Counted from the stretch's first letter, positions 37,610 to 47,891 are shown. The stretch: 60,036 nt of DNA from Candidatus Methylomirabilota bacterium (GCA_046727415.1 JBKPCO010000068.1:1-60036), one strand, 5' to 3'. The notes: generated from the letters alone by a model not told the origin. Numbers and translations: made by a program.

Positions 37610-38194
37610 ATGACGGAAACCAAGCCGGTGGAGCGCGCGAAGGACGAGGTTGAACAGGGCAAGAGGCCGTCGACGGCAGCCGGCGAGTTTGTTCGGGAGG
37701 AGATGCATCACATCCGCGAAGGCAAGCACGGAGCTCGGTCCACCAAACAAGCGATCGCCATCGGGCTATCGAAGGCCCGGCGCGCGGGCGTCCCACTCAA
37801 ACCGCCAAGCAAGGGCCGCACATCTGAGCGGACTCATGAGGCGGCCGAGCGCGACTATCAGATCGGCCAGGGCCAGCGGAAGCCCCGGGCGGCGTCGCGC
37901 AAGCGTGCGCGCGCCGTTTCGAAGGCGTTGAAGCGTGAAGGACGCGGCGCGGCGTCGAAGGCGGCGCTCTCGCAGCAGGCCCAGCGCTCGGCACGGGAGC
38001 GTCGCAGGACGAGCCGCTCCCCTAAGGCCGCTGCGCAGCGGGGCGCGGCGACACGCATGCGCACGGGCATCGCGAGTGAAGCGGCTCGGAAGGGGGCTCG
38101 AACCCGAAAGCGGCAGGGACTCGTCGCTGACGGAATCCCGCGCTCAAAACCGAAAATATCGAAACCCCAACTCACCGGAGAACAGCCATGGTGA
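37610..38194 (+). CDS. DUF6496 domain protein with basic histone-like tail
   Basis: AGEFVREEMHHIREGKHGARSTKQAIAIGLSKARRAG; R/K/A-rich C-terminus; GAGGAGG RBS. Confidence 0.85.
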   Translation: MTETKPVERAKDEVEQGKRPSTAAGEFVREEMHHIREGKHGARSTKQAIAIGLSKARRAGVPLKPPSKGRTSERTHEAAERDYQIGQGQRKPRAASRKRARAVSKALKREGRGAASKAALSQQAQRSARERRRTSRSPKAAAQRGAATRMRTGIASEAARKGARTRKRQGLVADGIPRSKPKISKPQLTGEQPW

Positions 38195-38382
38195 CTGTCA
38201 GCGAACGAGCGACGGCGCGGCTACTCGAACAGAAGCACGCCGCGAACTTGGACGGTGAGGCGGACGGCCTCCGCGTCGCCGCCGGCCCGAGCGGGCAATG
38301 GATACTGGTCGCCGATCAAGCGCGCGAAGACGATCAGATCTTTGACAACACGGTTATTCGAAACGAACGAAGGAGGAGTGTT

Positions 38383-38808
38383 GTGGCTAGCCACATGACT
38401 GTTGAAGAGATGATGACACCCCATCCCATCGCGTTGCCGCAGACGGCGTCCGTCTTTGACGCCGCTCAGAAGATGCGCGATGCCAGCATCGGCAACGTGG
38501 TCGTGCTCGATGGCCAGAAAGTATGCGGCATCGTCACTGATCGCGACATCGTCGTGCGTGCCATAGCAACCGGCCGGGAGCCGCGCTCGACGAAGCTGAC
38601 CGACATCTGCAGCCGTGAGCTGACGACCCTCTCGCCCGAAGACAGCGTCGAAACCGCAGTGCGATTGATGCGCCAGCACGCAGTGCGGCGATTGCCTGTC
38701 GTGAAAGGCGACCGCCCCGTGGGCATTCTCACCCTCGGTGATCTGGCCATCGAAAAAGACGGCGAATCGGCCCTGGCCGACGTCAGCGCGGCGCCGCCCA
38801 ACGTGTGA
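38383..38808 (+). CDS. CBS domain protein
   Basis: GIVTDRDIVVR, VRRLPVV...GILTLGDL; AAGGAGGAG RBS before GTG 38383 / ATG 38395. Confidence 0.9.
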   Translation: MASHMTVEEMMTPHPIALPQTASVFDAAQKMRDASIGNVVVLDGQKVCGIVTDRDIVVRAIATGREPRSTKLTDICSRELTTLSPEDSVETAVRLMRQHAVRRLPVVKGDRPVGILTLGDLAIEKDGESALADVSAAPPNV

Positions 38809-38930
38809 CCAACGTCGCATTGCCGGCCGCGGGCCGTCACGCGGCGCCTCGCGGCCGGCACTGCCGTATGTGGATAGGTATCCACCCGCGCGCGGGTCGC
38901 TGAGTTCGGCGACCGCCGAGGAGGCAGCCA

Positions 38931-39623
38931 ATGAGGCAACGCATCCAATTGGCGTTTTTCATCCCGTTTTGCGTCGCAATCTTCGCGACGCCGACGGCAC
39001 TACCGGCCAGGTCGTTCGCGGGTTCGCTAATGGGCGACGTGTTGGTGACTATGAAGGGCGATGTGAAGCGAGCCGCCGGCGTCGACGTGCTCATCGCCCC
39101 CGCGACAGCGCGATTTGATCGCGAATGGGAACGCCTCCAAAGCGAATACGAAGAGGGCATAACGCCCGTGGCGGCGGAATACGAATCTCTACACGCTCAG
39201 GAAGAGTCGCTACGGCTCCGTGGAGCAGCAGCGTCTTATACCTCAGGGACGACTGCAGACCGACAAATTGAGGAAACGCCTCGGAGACTCATGCTCTCAC
39301 AACAATCCGCCGCGCTCGTAGACCAAATGATGCGCCTCGGGAGAGAGCGATGGAGGCCTCTGCAAGAAACGTATACTCTCGCAGCGATACGGCTCGTCGA
39401 ACGACGCGCCACGGCCCGCGTCCCCACTAACCGCAACGGTCATTTCGAGGTCATCCTCCCTTCCGGCCGCTACTACCTCTTCTGTCGCTACCAGATCGCC
39501 GAGCAGACGATGTACTGGTTGGTGCCGGCGCACGTACAGCGCAACACACGTGCGAAGATTTCCTTGTCAAACCAGTCCGCTACGCGCTCGCCGTTGCGAG
39601 GCCGAACGTGGACGAACCTCTGA
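38931..39623 (+). CDS. hypothetical secreted protein
   Basis: GAGGAGG RBS, signal-like N-terminus, C-terminal TNRNGHFEVILPSGRYYL. Confidence 0.65.
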   Translation: MRQRIQLAFFIPFCVAIFATPTALPARSFAGSLMGDVLVTMKGDVKRAAGVDVLIAPATARFDREWERLQSEYEEGITPVAAEYESLHAQEESLRLRGAAASYTSGTTADRQIEETPRRLMLSQQSAALVDQMMRLGRERWRPLQETYTLAAIRLVERRATARVPTNRNGHFEVILPSGRYYLFCRYQIAEQTMYWLVPAHVQRNTRAKISLSNQSATRSPLRGRTWTNL

Positions 39624-39696
39624 CCGGGCCAGGTCCAGTCGCGGGAACCGTCCGCCCGACAAATCGTGTATAAGTAGGACTAGCCGGACTCGCCGG

Positions 39697-40104
39697 CTAG
39701 GCGGCGCGCGGTGCGTAGCGGAGTGAGATGTCGCCCGACGGGTACTTCCTGGTCTCCAGCAGCTCGAGCTACACGCTCTGCGACGTACCTTCGAGCAGCC
39801 GCCGGCCGTCACCGAGAAATACCGGGCACACCACGAACCGATACTCATCGATCAAACCGTGCTGAGTGAGCTGTGACACGATGGATGCGCTGCCGAAAAT
39901 CATCATATTTTTGCCCGGTCGTTGCTTCAGGGCCGTAATCTCATCGACGTCGAGCTCGCGGACCAGGCGAGCGTTATTCCAAGTCACCTCTTTCAGGGTT
40001 CGGGAGAAGACGAGCTTGGTCGCGTCATTCATCCAGGCGGCAATCGCTCGATGCTCGTTAGACTCGTGCCCAGGGCGGTGAGGATCTGGCCGCGAGGGAG
40101 CCAT
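39697..40104 (-). pseudogene. dihydrofolate reductase/RibD-C family pseudogene
   Basis: KLVFSRTL, IFGSASIVSQL...IDEY...PVFLGDG; N-terminus missing; internal TAG at 39769 followed by LELLETRKYPSGDISLRY. Confidence 0.8.
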
Positions 40105-40267
40105 ACATCGAGTCTAGACCGTCGCGTCAACGGCGGCGCAACTTCCTGGATAATGCCGGTCGCTTTGACCGCCGTGCGACGATCCGTTTCAAGAGGACAC
40201 CATTCGGGTGGAGTCGCGCTGACGACGGTGCTGCCTCTTCGTGCGCACGTACCCAGGAGGTGGCCGC

Positions 40268-42010
40268 ATGACTCGGTTCCGCGTCTGGGCGCCTCTGGCT
40301 GAGCACGTGCAACTGGCGTTGGGGAACACACGTCACCCCATGGAGGCCGGTGAGCGCGGATGGTGGCGGGCCGATCTCTCGCACGGTAGCGTCGACACCG
40401 ACTACGCATTCGTGGTCGACGACAGCAGGCCACTGCCGGACCCGCGATCGCCCTGGCAACCGCGGGGTGTCCACGGAATGTCGCGACTTGTCGACCACGC
40501 GGCTTTCGCCTGGACGGACATGGGCTGGCAGCCGCCGCCGCTGGCTTCGGCCGTGATCTACGAGCTCCATGTCGGCACGTTCACGTCCGCCGGAACTTTC
40601 GAGGCGATCATCGAGCGGCTCGGGCATCTTCGAACCCTTGGCGTGACCCACGTCGAGCTCATGCCGGTTGCGGAATTTCCGGGAGCGCACGGGTGGGGAT
40701 ACGACGGCGTCGATCTCTGGGCTCCCCGCCACGGCTATGGCGGGCCCGAGGGCCTCAAGCGCCTGGTAGACGCCTGCCACGCTCGCGGACTTGCGGTGAT
40801 CCTTGACGTCGTCTACAACCACCTCGGGCCGAGTGGTAACTACCTCGCACGCTTTGGTCCGTACTTCACCGATCGATATCGGACGCCGTGGGGAGATGCG
40901 ATCAACTTCGACGGTCCCGAGAGCGACGAGGTCCGACGCTTCTTTTGCGACAACGCGCTCATGTGGCTACGCGATTATCACGTGGATGGTCTCCGCATCG
41001 ACGCTGCCCACGCCATCGTCGATACTTCGGCAGTGCATGTCCTCGAACAACTGGCCGAGGAAGTCGACGCGCTCGAAGCCGAGGTCGGGCGACACATGGT
41101 TCTGATCGCCGAGAGCGATCTGAACGACCCGCGGCTCATCCGTTCCCGTGAGGCTGGTGGTTACGGCCTCGACGCCCAATGGGCCGACGACTTCCATCAC
41201 GCGCTCCATGCTGTGCTCACCGGCGAACGGGATGGCTACTACGCGGACTTCGGCAGCCTGGCGGACCTGGCCAAGGCGCTCGAGGCGGCGTTCGTCTACG
41301 ACGGGCACTACTCGCTATTTCGGCGTCGCCGCCACGGCAGATCGGCCATCGGGCTGCCCGGTCACCGGTTCGTCGTGTGCCTGCAGAACCACGACCAGGT
41401 CGGCAACCGGGCTCGAGGCGAGCGCGTGAGTCACCTGGTCGGAATCGAGCGAGTGAAGGTCGGCACGGCCCTGCTGCTCACCGCGCCATTCGTCCCGCTG
41501 CTGTTCCAGGGTGAGGAGTGGGCCGCGTCGACGCCCTTTCAATACTTCACCGATCACGACGACCCCGAGCTCGGCCGTGCCGTGAGCGAGGGCCGACGCA
41601 ACGAGTTCGTCGCTTTCGGCTGGAAGCCAGCGGACGTCCCCGACCCGCAGAGTCCGGAGACCTTCGCACGCTCGAGGCTCGACTGGAGCGAGCTGGGCCG
41701 AGAGCCTCACGCGAGCGTGCTCGACTGGCACCAGCAGTTGATCCGCCTTCGGCACCAGCTTCCGTCGCTCGGCGACCCCCGGCTGGCGCAGATCCGCGTC
41801 CGGTTCGACGAGACGGCGCGTTGGCTCGCGGTTGACCACGGGCCGTTCACGGTCGCCTGCAATCTCGGAGACACGAGCACACGCGTGCCAATCGAGCGCG
41901 GAGGCCTGCGTCTGCGGCTGGCCTCGGATCCCAGCGCCAAGCTCGTCCAGCACGGTGTGGAGCTGCCGCCCGTAAGCGTGAGCGTCCTGGTCAAGGACGC
42001 GGACATCTGA
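40268..42010 (+). CDS. treZ: malto-oligosyltrehalose trehalohydrolase
   Basis: FRVWAP, YELHVGTFT, WGYDGV, DVVYNH, DGLRIDA, QNHDQVGNR. Confidence 0.96.
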   Translation: MTRFRVWAPLAEHVQLALGNTRHPMEAGERGWWRADLSHGSVDTDYAFVVDDSRPLPDPRSPWQPRGVHGMSRLVDHAAFAWTDMGWQPPPLASAVIYELHVGTFTSAGTFEAIIERLGHLRTLGVTHVELMPVAEFPGAHGWGYDGVDLWAPRHGYGGPEGLKRLVDACHARGLAVILDVVYNHLGPSGNYLARFGPYFTDRYRTPWGDAINFDGPESDEVRRFFCDNALMWLRDYHVDGLRIDAAHAIVDTSAVHVLEQLAEEVDALEAEVGRHMVLIAESDLNDPRLIRSREAGGYGLDAQWADDFHHALHAVLTGERDGYYADFGSLADLAKALEAAFVYDGHYSLFRRRRHGRSAIGLPGHRFVVCLQNHDQVGNRARGERVSHLVGIERVKVGTALLLTAPFVPLLFQGEEWAASTPFQYFTDHDDPELGRAVSEGRRNEFVAFGWKPADVPDPQSPETFARSRLDWSELGREPHASVLDWHQQLIRLRHQLPSLGDPRLAQIRVRFDETARWLAVDHGPFTVACNLGDTSTRVPIERGGLRLRLASDPSAKLVQHGVELPPVSVSVLVKDADI

Positions 42011-42028
42011 ACCCGAAGACCGAGGACA

Positions 42029-45000
42029 ATGACTCCGGCTGAAGTCTTCCAGAAATTCGAGCGCGATCCCGCGGCGTTCACCCGTATCCCGACCGCGACC
42101 TACCGGATACAGCTCGGGCCTCAGTTGACCTTTGCCGATCTTCGCGCGATCGTCCCATACCTGTCGGCCCTGGGAATTTCCGACTGCCATCTGTCGCCGT
42201 TCCTGCAGCCCTGCTCCGAGGCATCGCACGGCTATGACGTCGCCGACCACGGGCAGCTCAACGCCGCGCTCGGCACCGAGTCCGACTACGGCGCGCTCGT
42301 CGAAACGCTCCGGCACCACGGCATGGGCCAGATCATGGACATCGTGCCGAACCACATGGGCATCTCGGGCAGCCGCAACCGCTGGTGGATGGACGTGCTC
42401 GAGAACGGCCGGGCCTCGGCCTACGCGGGATTTTTCGATATCGAGTGGGAGCCGATCAAGCTCGAGCTGAAGGACAAAGTCCTGCTACCGATGCTCGGTG
42501 ACCAGTACGGTCGAGCCCTGGAAAACCAGGCGCTCCAGCTCGAATTCCAGGATGGTGCCTTCAGTATTCGATATTACGAGAACCTGCTCCCGGTGGCGCC
42601 CGCCACCTACGTGGACATCCTGAGCTGGCGTCTGGACGAGCTCGCGCAGACGCTCGGTGCGGATGACCCGCACCTGCTCGAGCTACGGAGCATCGTCACG
42701 GCGCTCGGGCACCTGCCTCAACAAACAGAGCACGACGCGGTGCGGCTCGCCGAGCGCCAGCGGGAGAAGGAGATCGTGAAGCGTCGCCTGGTGGAGCTCG
42801 TACGCGACTCGTCCGCGATACGCGCGTTCGTGGACGAGAACGTGCGTCGTTATAACGGCATCAAGGGTGATGCCCGGAGCTTCGACCAGCTCGACGAATT
42901 GATCGCGCGACAGGCGTACCGACCCGCCTTCTGGCAGACCGCCGGTGACGAGATCAACTACCGGCGCTTCTTCGACATCAACGAGCTCGCGGCGATCCGC
43001 ATGGAGGAGCCGGCGGTTTTCGAGGCGGCACACCGTCTCGTGTTCCGCCTGGTGCGCGAGGGCGCGGTGACGGGCCTGCGCATCGACCATCCCGATGGGT
43101 TGTTCGCGCCCATCCGCTATCTCCGCGATCTGCAGCGGAGGTGCTTCCTCGAGCGCGCGCGATACGTCCGGCAGGCCGAACGCGGGGACGCGACCGAGCC
43201 GGCCGAATGGGAAGCGGCCGTGCTGAGCGAGCTCGATCGCCGGATCGCCGAGCACGAGGCGGCTCCCGACTCCTCCGGCGGCGAAAACGGTGGGCCCGCC
43301 GGGCTCGGGCTCCTGGCGCGCTGGTCGGCGACGCGCCGCGCGGTCCCCGGCCGACTGGTGCGTGCGGTGCGGGCGATGCTGGGCAAGCCCACGCCGACCG
43401 ACAATGTCGCCCGCCCCTTCTACATCGTGACCGAGAAGATCCTGATGCCAGAGGAACGGCTGCCGCCGCGCTGGCCGGCGGCGGGGACCACCGGCTACGC
43501 GTTTCTGAATGCGGTCAACGGCCTGTTCGTCGACCCTGCCGGCGCCCAGAGCTTGACGTTGACGTACGAGCGGTTCGTCGGCGCGCGTCTCGAGTTCGCC
43601 GAAGTGGCCTACCAGTCCAAGCGTCTCGTGATGGAGACCACGATGGCGAGTGAGATCGCCATGCTCGGTCAGCGCCTCGGCCGGATTTCCGAGCGGCGGC
43701 GCTCGGCCCGCGATTTCACCGATCGGATGCTCACCGTAGCGCTGCGCGAGGTCATCGCCTGCTTTCCGGTTTACCGGACGTACGTCGCGACCACCGACGG
43801 TGACGTGGCCGAACGGGACCGCCGATACGTGGAGGCGGCGGTGGCCGAGGCGCGGCGCCGCAATCCCTCGATGAGCGCGTCGATCTTCGAATTCATCGGG
43901 AGCCTCCTGTGGCTCGCCCTTCCCGTTGACATGAGTGACGCCGAGCGCGCGGAGGTCGTCGACTTCGTCCGGCGGTTCCAGCAGCTGACCGGGCCCTTCA
44001 CGGCGAAGGGTATCGAGGACACGGCCTTTTACCGCTATCACCGCCTGATCTCGCTCAACGAGGTGGGTAGCCATCCCGATGTGTTTGGCATCAGCGTCGA
44101 GGAATTCCACCGGCGCTGCCTCGAACGTCTCGCACACTGGCCAACCGCCATCTCCGTTCTCTCGACGCATGACACGAAGCGCGGCGAGGATGTGCGGGCC
44201 AGGATCAACGTGCTGTCGGAGATCCCCGACGAGTGGCGAACTCGGGTCCGCGTCTGGCATCGGCAGAACCTGTCGAAGAAGACGCGAATCGACGGCGAGC
44301 CGGCGCCCGACAACAACGAGGAATACCTCCTGTATCAGACACTCGTGGGCGCCTGGCCGCTGGATTCGAACGCCGGAGAGCACGACGCGTTCGTCGAGCG
44401 CATCCAGCGTTACATGCACAAGGCGCTCCGTGAGGCCAAGGTCCACGTGAGCTGGATCAATCCCCGTCCCGAGTACGACCAGGCTGTTCGCAACTTCATC
44501 GCCCGGCTCCTGGACCAGTCGCAGCGAAACGAGTTCCTCGACGACTTCCGTCCCTTCCAGGCCCGGGTCGCCGAGCTGGGCCTCTACAACTCGCTGTCCC
44601 AGACAATCCTGAGATTGGCTGCTCCCGGCATTCCCGAGCTCTACCAGGGCGCCGAGCTCTGGGAGCTGAATCTCGTCGACCCAGACAACCGTCGACCCGT
44701 CGACTTTGCTCGTCGTCAGGCCGCGTTGGCGGAGCTGAGCGGTCGGATCGAGGCCGCGGATGCCGATCTTGCGGGGTTGGCCCGCGACTTACTCGAGCAA
44801 CGCCAGGACGGCCGCGTCAAGCTCTACGTCATTCAACGCGGACTGGCGTACCGCCGCGAGCACGCGCAACTCTTCCTGCGCGGGAACTACGTACCCCTCG
44901 AGGTCAGCGGGGCCCGGGCGAATCATGTCTGCGCCTTTGCGCGGTCGTACGCCGAAGAAGAGGCCATCGTCGTGGTCCCACGGCTCCTGTCGCCACTGAT

Positions 45001-45205
45001 CGGGTCCGGGATGCCGCTAGGGGCTCAGGTGTGGGGTGAAGACGCCGTGATCTTGCCGGGGGGCACCACTCGGATGTACCGAAACCTCTTTACCGCTGAG
45101 ACCATCGAGAGCGGAGACACACCCGAAGGGCATCGGACATTGCCGCTCGCCGCCCTGTTCTCTCGTTTCCCGGTCGCCATACTCGAGCGTGCGAAGCGTT
45201 CGTGA
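42029..45205 (+). CDS. treY: malto-oligosyltrehalose synthase
   Basis: PTATYRIQ, SHGYDV, DIVPNHMG, NYRRFFDI, GLRIDHPDGL, STHDTKRGED, LVDPDNRRPVD. Confidence 0.96.
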   Translation: MTPAEVFQKFERDPAAFTRIPTATYRIQLGPQLTFADLRAIVPYLSALGISDCHLSPFLQPCSEASHGYDVADHGQLNAALGTESDYGALVETLRHHGMGQIMDIVPNHMGISGSRNRWWMDVLENGRASAYAGFFDIEWEPIKLELKDKVLLPMLGDQYGRALENQALQLEFQDGAFSIRYYENLLPVAPATYVDILSWRLDELAQTLGADDPHLLELRSIVTALGHLPQQTEHDAVRLAERQREKEIVKRRLVELVRDSSAIRAFVDENVRRYNGIKGDARSFDQLDELIARQAYRPAFWQTAGDEINYRRFFDINELAAIRMEEPAVFEAAHRLVFRLVREGAVTGLRIDHPDGLFAPIRYLRDLQRRCFLERARYVRQAERGDATEPAEWEAAVLSELDRRIAEHEAAPDSSGGENGGPAGLGLLARWSATRRAVPGRLVRAVRAMLGKPTPTDNVARPFYIVTEKILMPEERLPPRWPAAGTTGYAFLNAVNGLFVDPAGAQSLTLTYERFVGARLEFAEVAYQSKRLVMETTMASEIAMLGQRLGRISERRRSARDFTDRMLTVALREVIACFPVYRTYVATTDGDVAERDRRYVEAAVAEARRRNPSMSASIFEFIGSLLWLALPVDMSDAERAEVVDFVRRFQQLTGPFTAKGIEDTAFYRYHRLISLNEVGSHPDVFGISVEEFHRRCLERLAHWPTAISVLSTHDTKRGEDVRARINVLSEIPDEWRTRVRVWHRQNLSKKTRIDGEPAPDNNEEYLLYQTLVGAWPLDSNAGEHDAFVERIQRYMHKALREAKVHVSWINPRPEYDQAVRNFIARLLDQSQRNEFLDDFRPFQARVAELGLYNSLSQTILRLAAPGIPELYQGAELWELNLVDPDNRRPVDFARRQAALAELSGRIEAADADLAGLARDLLEQRQDGRVKLYVIQRGLAYRREHAQLFLRGNYVPLEVSGARANHVCAFARSYAEEEAIVVVPRLLSPLIGSGMPLGAQVWGEDAVILPGGTTRMYRNLFTAETIESGDTPEGHRTLPLAALFSRFPVAILERAKRS

Positions 45206-45240
45206 AGTACTCGCGGGACCCGCCTCAGCGCTGCAGCGAT

Positions 45241-46335
45241 CTACGGCATCAGGGGGATCTCGACGCGAGTGTTGTTCGTGACCACGCGGAGCCGAAGGTC
45301 GACCGGCGCTGACCGGAGGGGCGGCGTCGTGATGGAGTAGGTCCCGGGATTGGCGCCGGCTCCCAGCGCGAGGTCAAGCGTGGTGCCGTCCGCCGTGCGG
45401 ATGCGCAGGAAGACCTCGGCTCCCGCGAGAGGGCGGCCGCCCGAATCAGCGAGCCGTACAGCAAACGCCTCGCCCCCGCCGTTGGATGCCGGCGCCGGGT
45501 CACGCGTCACATCCACCTGGGGCGGGCCGACGTTGAGAGACGAGTCCCTCGACACGGCTCCCGTCTGCGACGGGCTGCTGGCGCTGGGGGTCGGCCCAGT
45601 CATTGTCGGCGCGTCCACGCTCGGTTCCGGTACGCTGCGACGCAGCGAGTCAGGGGCGCGGGAGCCCCACGGTTCTGGGCTCTCGGCCCGCTGTGACGCG
45701 TGAACCTCCAAGCTTGGCGAAGGCGTCTCGGCAACCGCCAGACCCGGCCTCGGCGCCTGAGCTTCAACAGCCTGCGGACTCTTCTCGACGAGGGGAGAAG
45801 CGCCCATCCCATCGATCGGCGGTGGCTCGACCGGGTGCGTCCGACTCACGAGGGTCCTCCCCGCTAGCGACAGCACGGGCAGGGCGACCAGCACAGCGAT
45901 CAGCCCGGTCAGGATCCACCGCTGCCGGAGGCGGGCTCTTCGCTTGAATCCGAGAATGCGCTCGAGTTGGCGCGCGTCCGCCGCCTCGAGCCCGACACGT
46001 TCGATCGGTGACGCCCCGCTGACCTCGAAGAGTTGCAGTTGTTCGTCCTGCACCGGACGAGTTTCGAACTGCGAGACAACGGCAAAACCGTCCCGCTCAA
46101 GCGCACGGGTGACGTCCGGGCGGCTGCGCCGGTCGGCGGAAGGCGGGTCCGACGGAGGCCCGTCGCGTCGCCGGTCTACGATGATTTCGAATTTTTCGCG
46201 TGCGCCCAGCGCCGTGGTGAACGATGCGACGAACTCGCCAGACAGGTGCCGATCACGGCTGACAATACACAGACGTCGCGACGCTTTGCTGGGCTCTCCA
46301 AGAGCATTCGGCCTGAATAGACCTCGCACCTTCAT
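45241..46335 (-). CDS. hypothetical membrane protein (IIVDRR domain, TM, Pro-rich linker, YtkA/FixH-like C-terminus)
   Basis: long ORF, paralog immediately upstream; start uncertain (46335 or 46404). Confidence 0.65.
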   Translation of the reverse strand: MKVRGLFRPNALGEPSKASRRLCIVSRDRHLSGEFVASFTTALGAREKFEIIVDRRRDGPPSDPPSADRRSRPDVTRALERDGFAVVSQFETRPVQDEQLQLFEVSGASPIERVGLEAADARQLERILGFKRRARLRQRWILTGLIAVLVALPVLSLAGRTLVSRTHPVEPPPIDGMGASPLVEKSPQAVEAQAPRPGLAVAETPSPSLEVHASQRAESPEPWGSRAPDSLRRSVPEPSVDAPTMTGPTPSASSPSQTGAVSRDSSLNVGPPQVDVTRDPAPASNGGGEAFAVRLADSGGRPLAGAEVFLRIRTADGTTLDLALGAGANPGTYSITTPPLRSAPVDLRLRVVTNNTRVEIPLMP

Positions 46336-46586
46336 CAAACCATTCTGGAATGCGGCGGCAGGCCAGTGGGTGACCTCGTGACGCCCGTCCATCGCTACCT
46401 TCATAGCCCCGCGACCCGCGATCTGACGAAGTTTTTCTGCGTCGTCCGCTTCGCCATGGGGCCAGATCTCCACCCCATGGTCGGCCCACTCCCCCATCGT
46501 CGACGACGGCGTTCCGCGCTTCTCCTAAAGAGGAGGGCGCCGATCTCTAAGGGGATCGAGGCGACCCGCTTCAGCGCTGCGGCGAT

Positions 46587-47604
46587 CTACGGCATCAGGG
46601 GGATGTCGACCCGAGTGTTGGCCGTGAGCACGCGGAGCCGAAGGTCGACCAAGGCTGACCGGAGGGGCGGCACGGTGATGGAGTAGGTCCCGGGATTGGC
46701 GCCAGCTCCCAGCGGGAGGTCAAGCAGGGTGCCGTCCGCCGTGCGGATGAGCAGGAGGACCTCGGCTCCTGCGAGTGGGCGGCCGCCCGAATCAGCGAGA
46801 CGTACAGCATACGCGTCGCCCCCGCCATCAGATGCCGGCGCAGGGGCACGCGTCACATCTACCTGGGGCATGCGGACGAGCAGAGACGAGCCCTTCAACG
46901 CTCCCGTCTGCGGCGAACGGCTGGCGCCGGGGGTCGGCCCAGTCCGTCGTGGCGTCTCGGCAACCGCCAGACCCAGCCTCCGCGCGTGAGCTTCACCAGC
47001 ATGAAGATTCTTCTCGACGAGCGGAGAAGAGCCTATCTCATTGCGAGGCGGTGGCTCGACCGTGCGTGTCCGACTCAAGAGGGGCCTCCCCACTAAAGAC
47101 AGGAGGGATAGGCGACCAGCACGCCGATCAGCCCCGTCAGAATCCTCCGCCGCCGGAGTCGGGCTCTTCGTCGGCGATTGAATCCGAGGATACTCTCGAG
47201 TCGGCGCTCATCCTCCTCCTCGAGCCCGAGACTTTCGATCGGCGACGCGCCTCGGCCCTCGACAAGTTGGAGATGGTCGTCCTGCATCGAATCGGTCTCG
47301 AACGGCTCGACAATGGCGAAGCCATTCCGCTCGAGCACCCGCGTGACGTGCTGGCGGACGCGGCGGTCTGCGGGAGGCGGACCCGTCGGAGGCCCGCCGC
47401 GTCGCCGGTCTTCGATGATGTCGAATTCTTCACGCGCCCCCAGCGCTGTGGCGAACGACGCAACCCACTCGCCAGACAGGTGCCGATCACGGCCAACAAT
47501 ACACAGACGTCGCGACGCTACTTCAGGTTTGCTAGGTTCTTCGCGAACCTTCATCAAGCACCATGCGGAATGACCTCGTGACACCCGTCCATCGCTACCT
47601 TCAT
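46587..47604 (-). pseudogene. frameshifted paralog of the 45241-46335 gene
   Basis: two consecutive ORFs (47093-47584, 46587-47093) that align to the intact copy if one C is restored near 47111. Confidence 0.75.
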
Positions 47605-47720
47605 AGCCCGGCGACCCGCGATCTCACGAAGTTTTTCGAGATCCCGTGTGGTAGGTCGACGACGGACACCACATCTTGCGGGCCGCGAAGCAAAAGGCCA
47701 GGCCAATGCGCGCACCGAGG

Positions 47721-47768
47721 GTCGTAGGGAGCGGCGTTTTTGAACCGACGACCTTTGGGCTGCGAGGC
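47721..47768 (-). other. degenerate 3' half of an initiator tRNA-Met (att-like remnant)
   Basis: GCCTCGCAGCCCAAAGGTCGTCGGTTCAAA vs canonical fMet GGCTCATAACCCGAAGGTCGTCGGTTCAAA (25/30). Confidence 0.55.
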
Positions 47769-47891
47769 TAGTACTGCGTCGACAACCTCAAACGATCCCC
47801 GATGAGAGCCGTCACTTAGCGGCGCCCTGGTGCATCCTCAGGCGCGCTGGTGACAAGCCCAACCCTCGACTCGGGTTTCGACCGCCGGCGT

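Larger units (their letters stand above)
45215..47637. repeat. diverged tandem duplication (~45215-46437 and ~46562-47637)
   Basis: near-identical ends (CAGCGCTGCxGCGATCTACGGCATCAGGGGGAT; CCCGTCCATCGCTACCTTCATAGCCC) and paralogous proteins. Confidence 0.9.

Noticed and set aside
37596-38935. Repeated CCGAGGAGGCAGCCA before two start codons
   Set aside because: Largely explained by shared Shine-Dalgarno context
27690-39771. Stop-codon recoding (Sec at TGA 27690, Pyl at TAG 39769)
   Set aside because: Both are at non-catalytic positions, TGA and TAG are normal stops throughout the window, and the DHFR gene is also 5'-truncated
47689-47706. sigma54-like TTGGC...TTGCT on the minus strand
   Set aside because: Spacing is GG-N11-GC, one base too long
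47721-47768. Functional tRNA gene
   Set aside because: No 5' half or D arm, broken T stem, no CCA; kept only as a remnant
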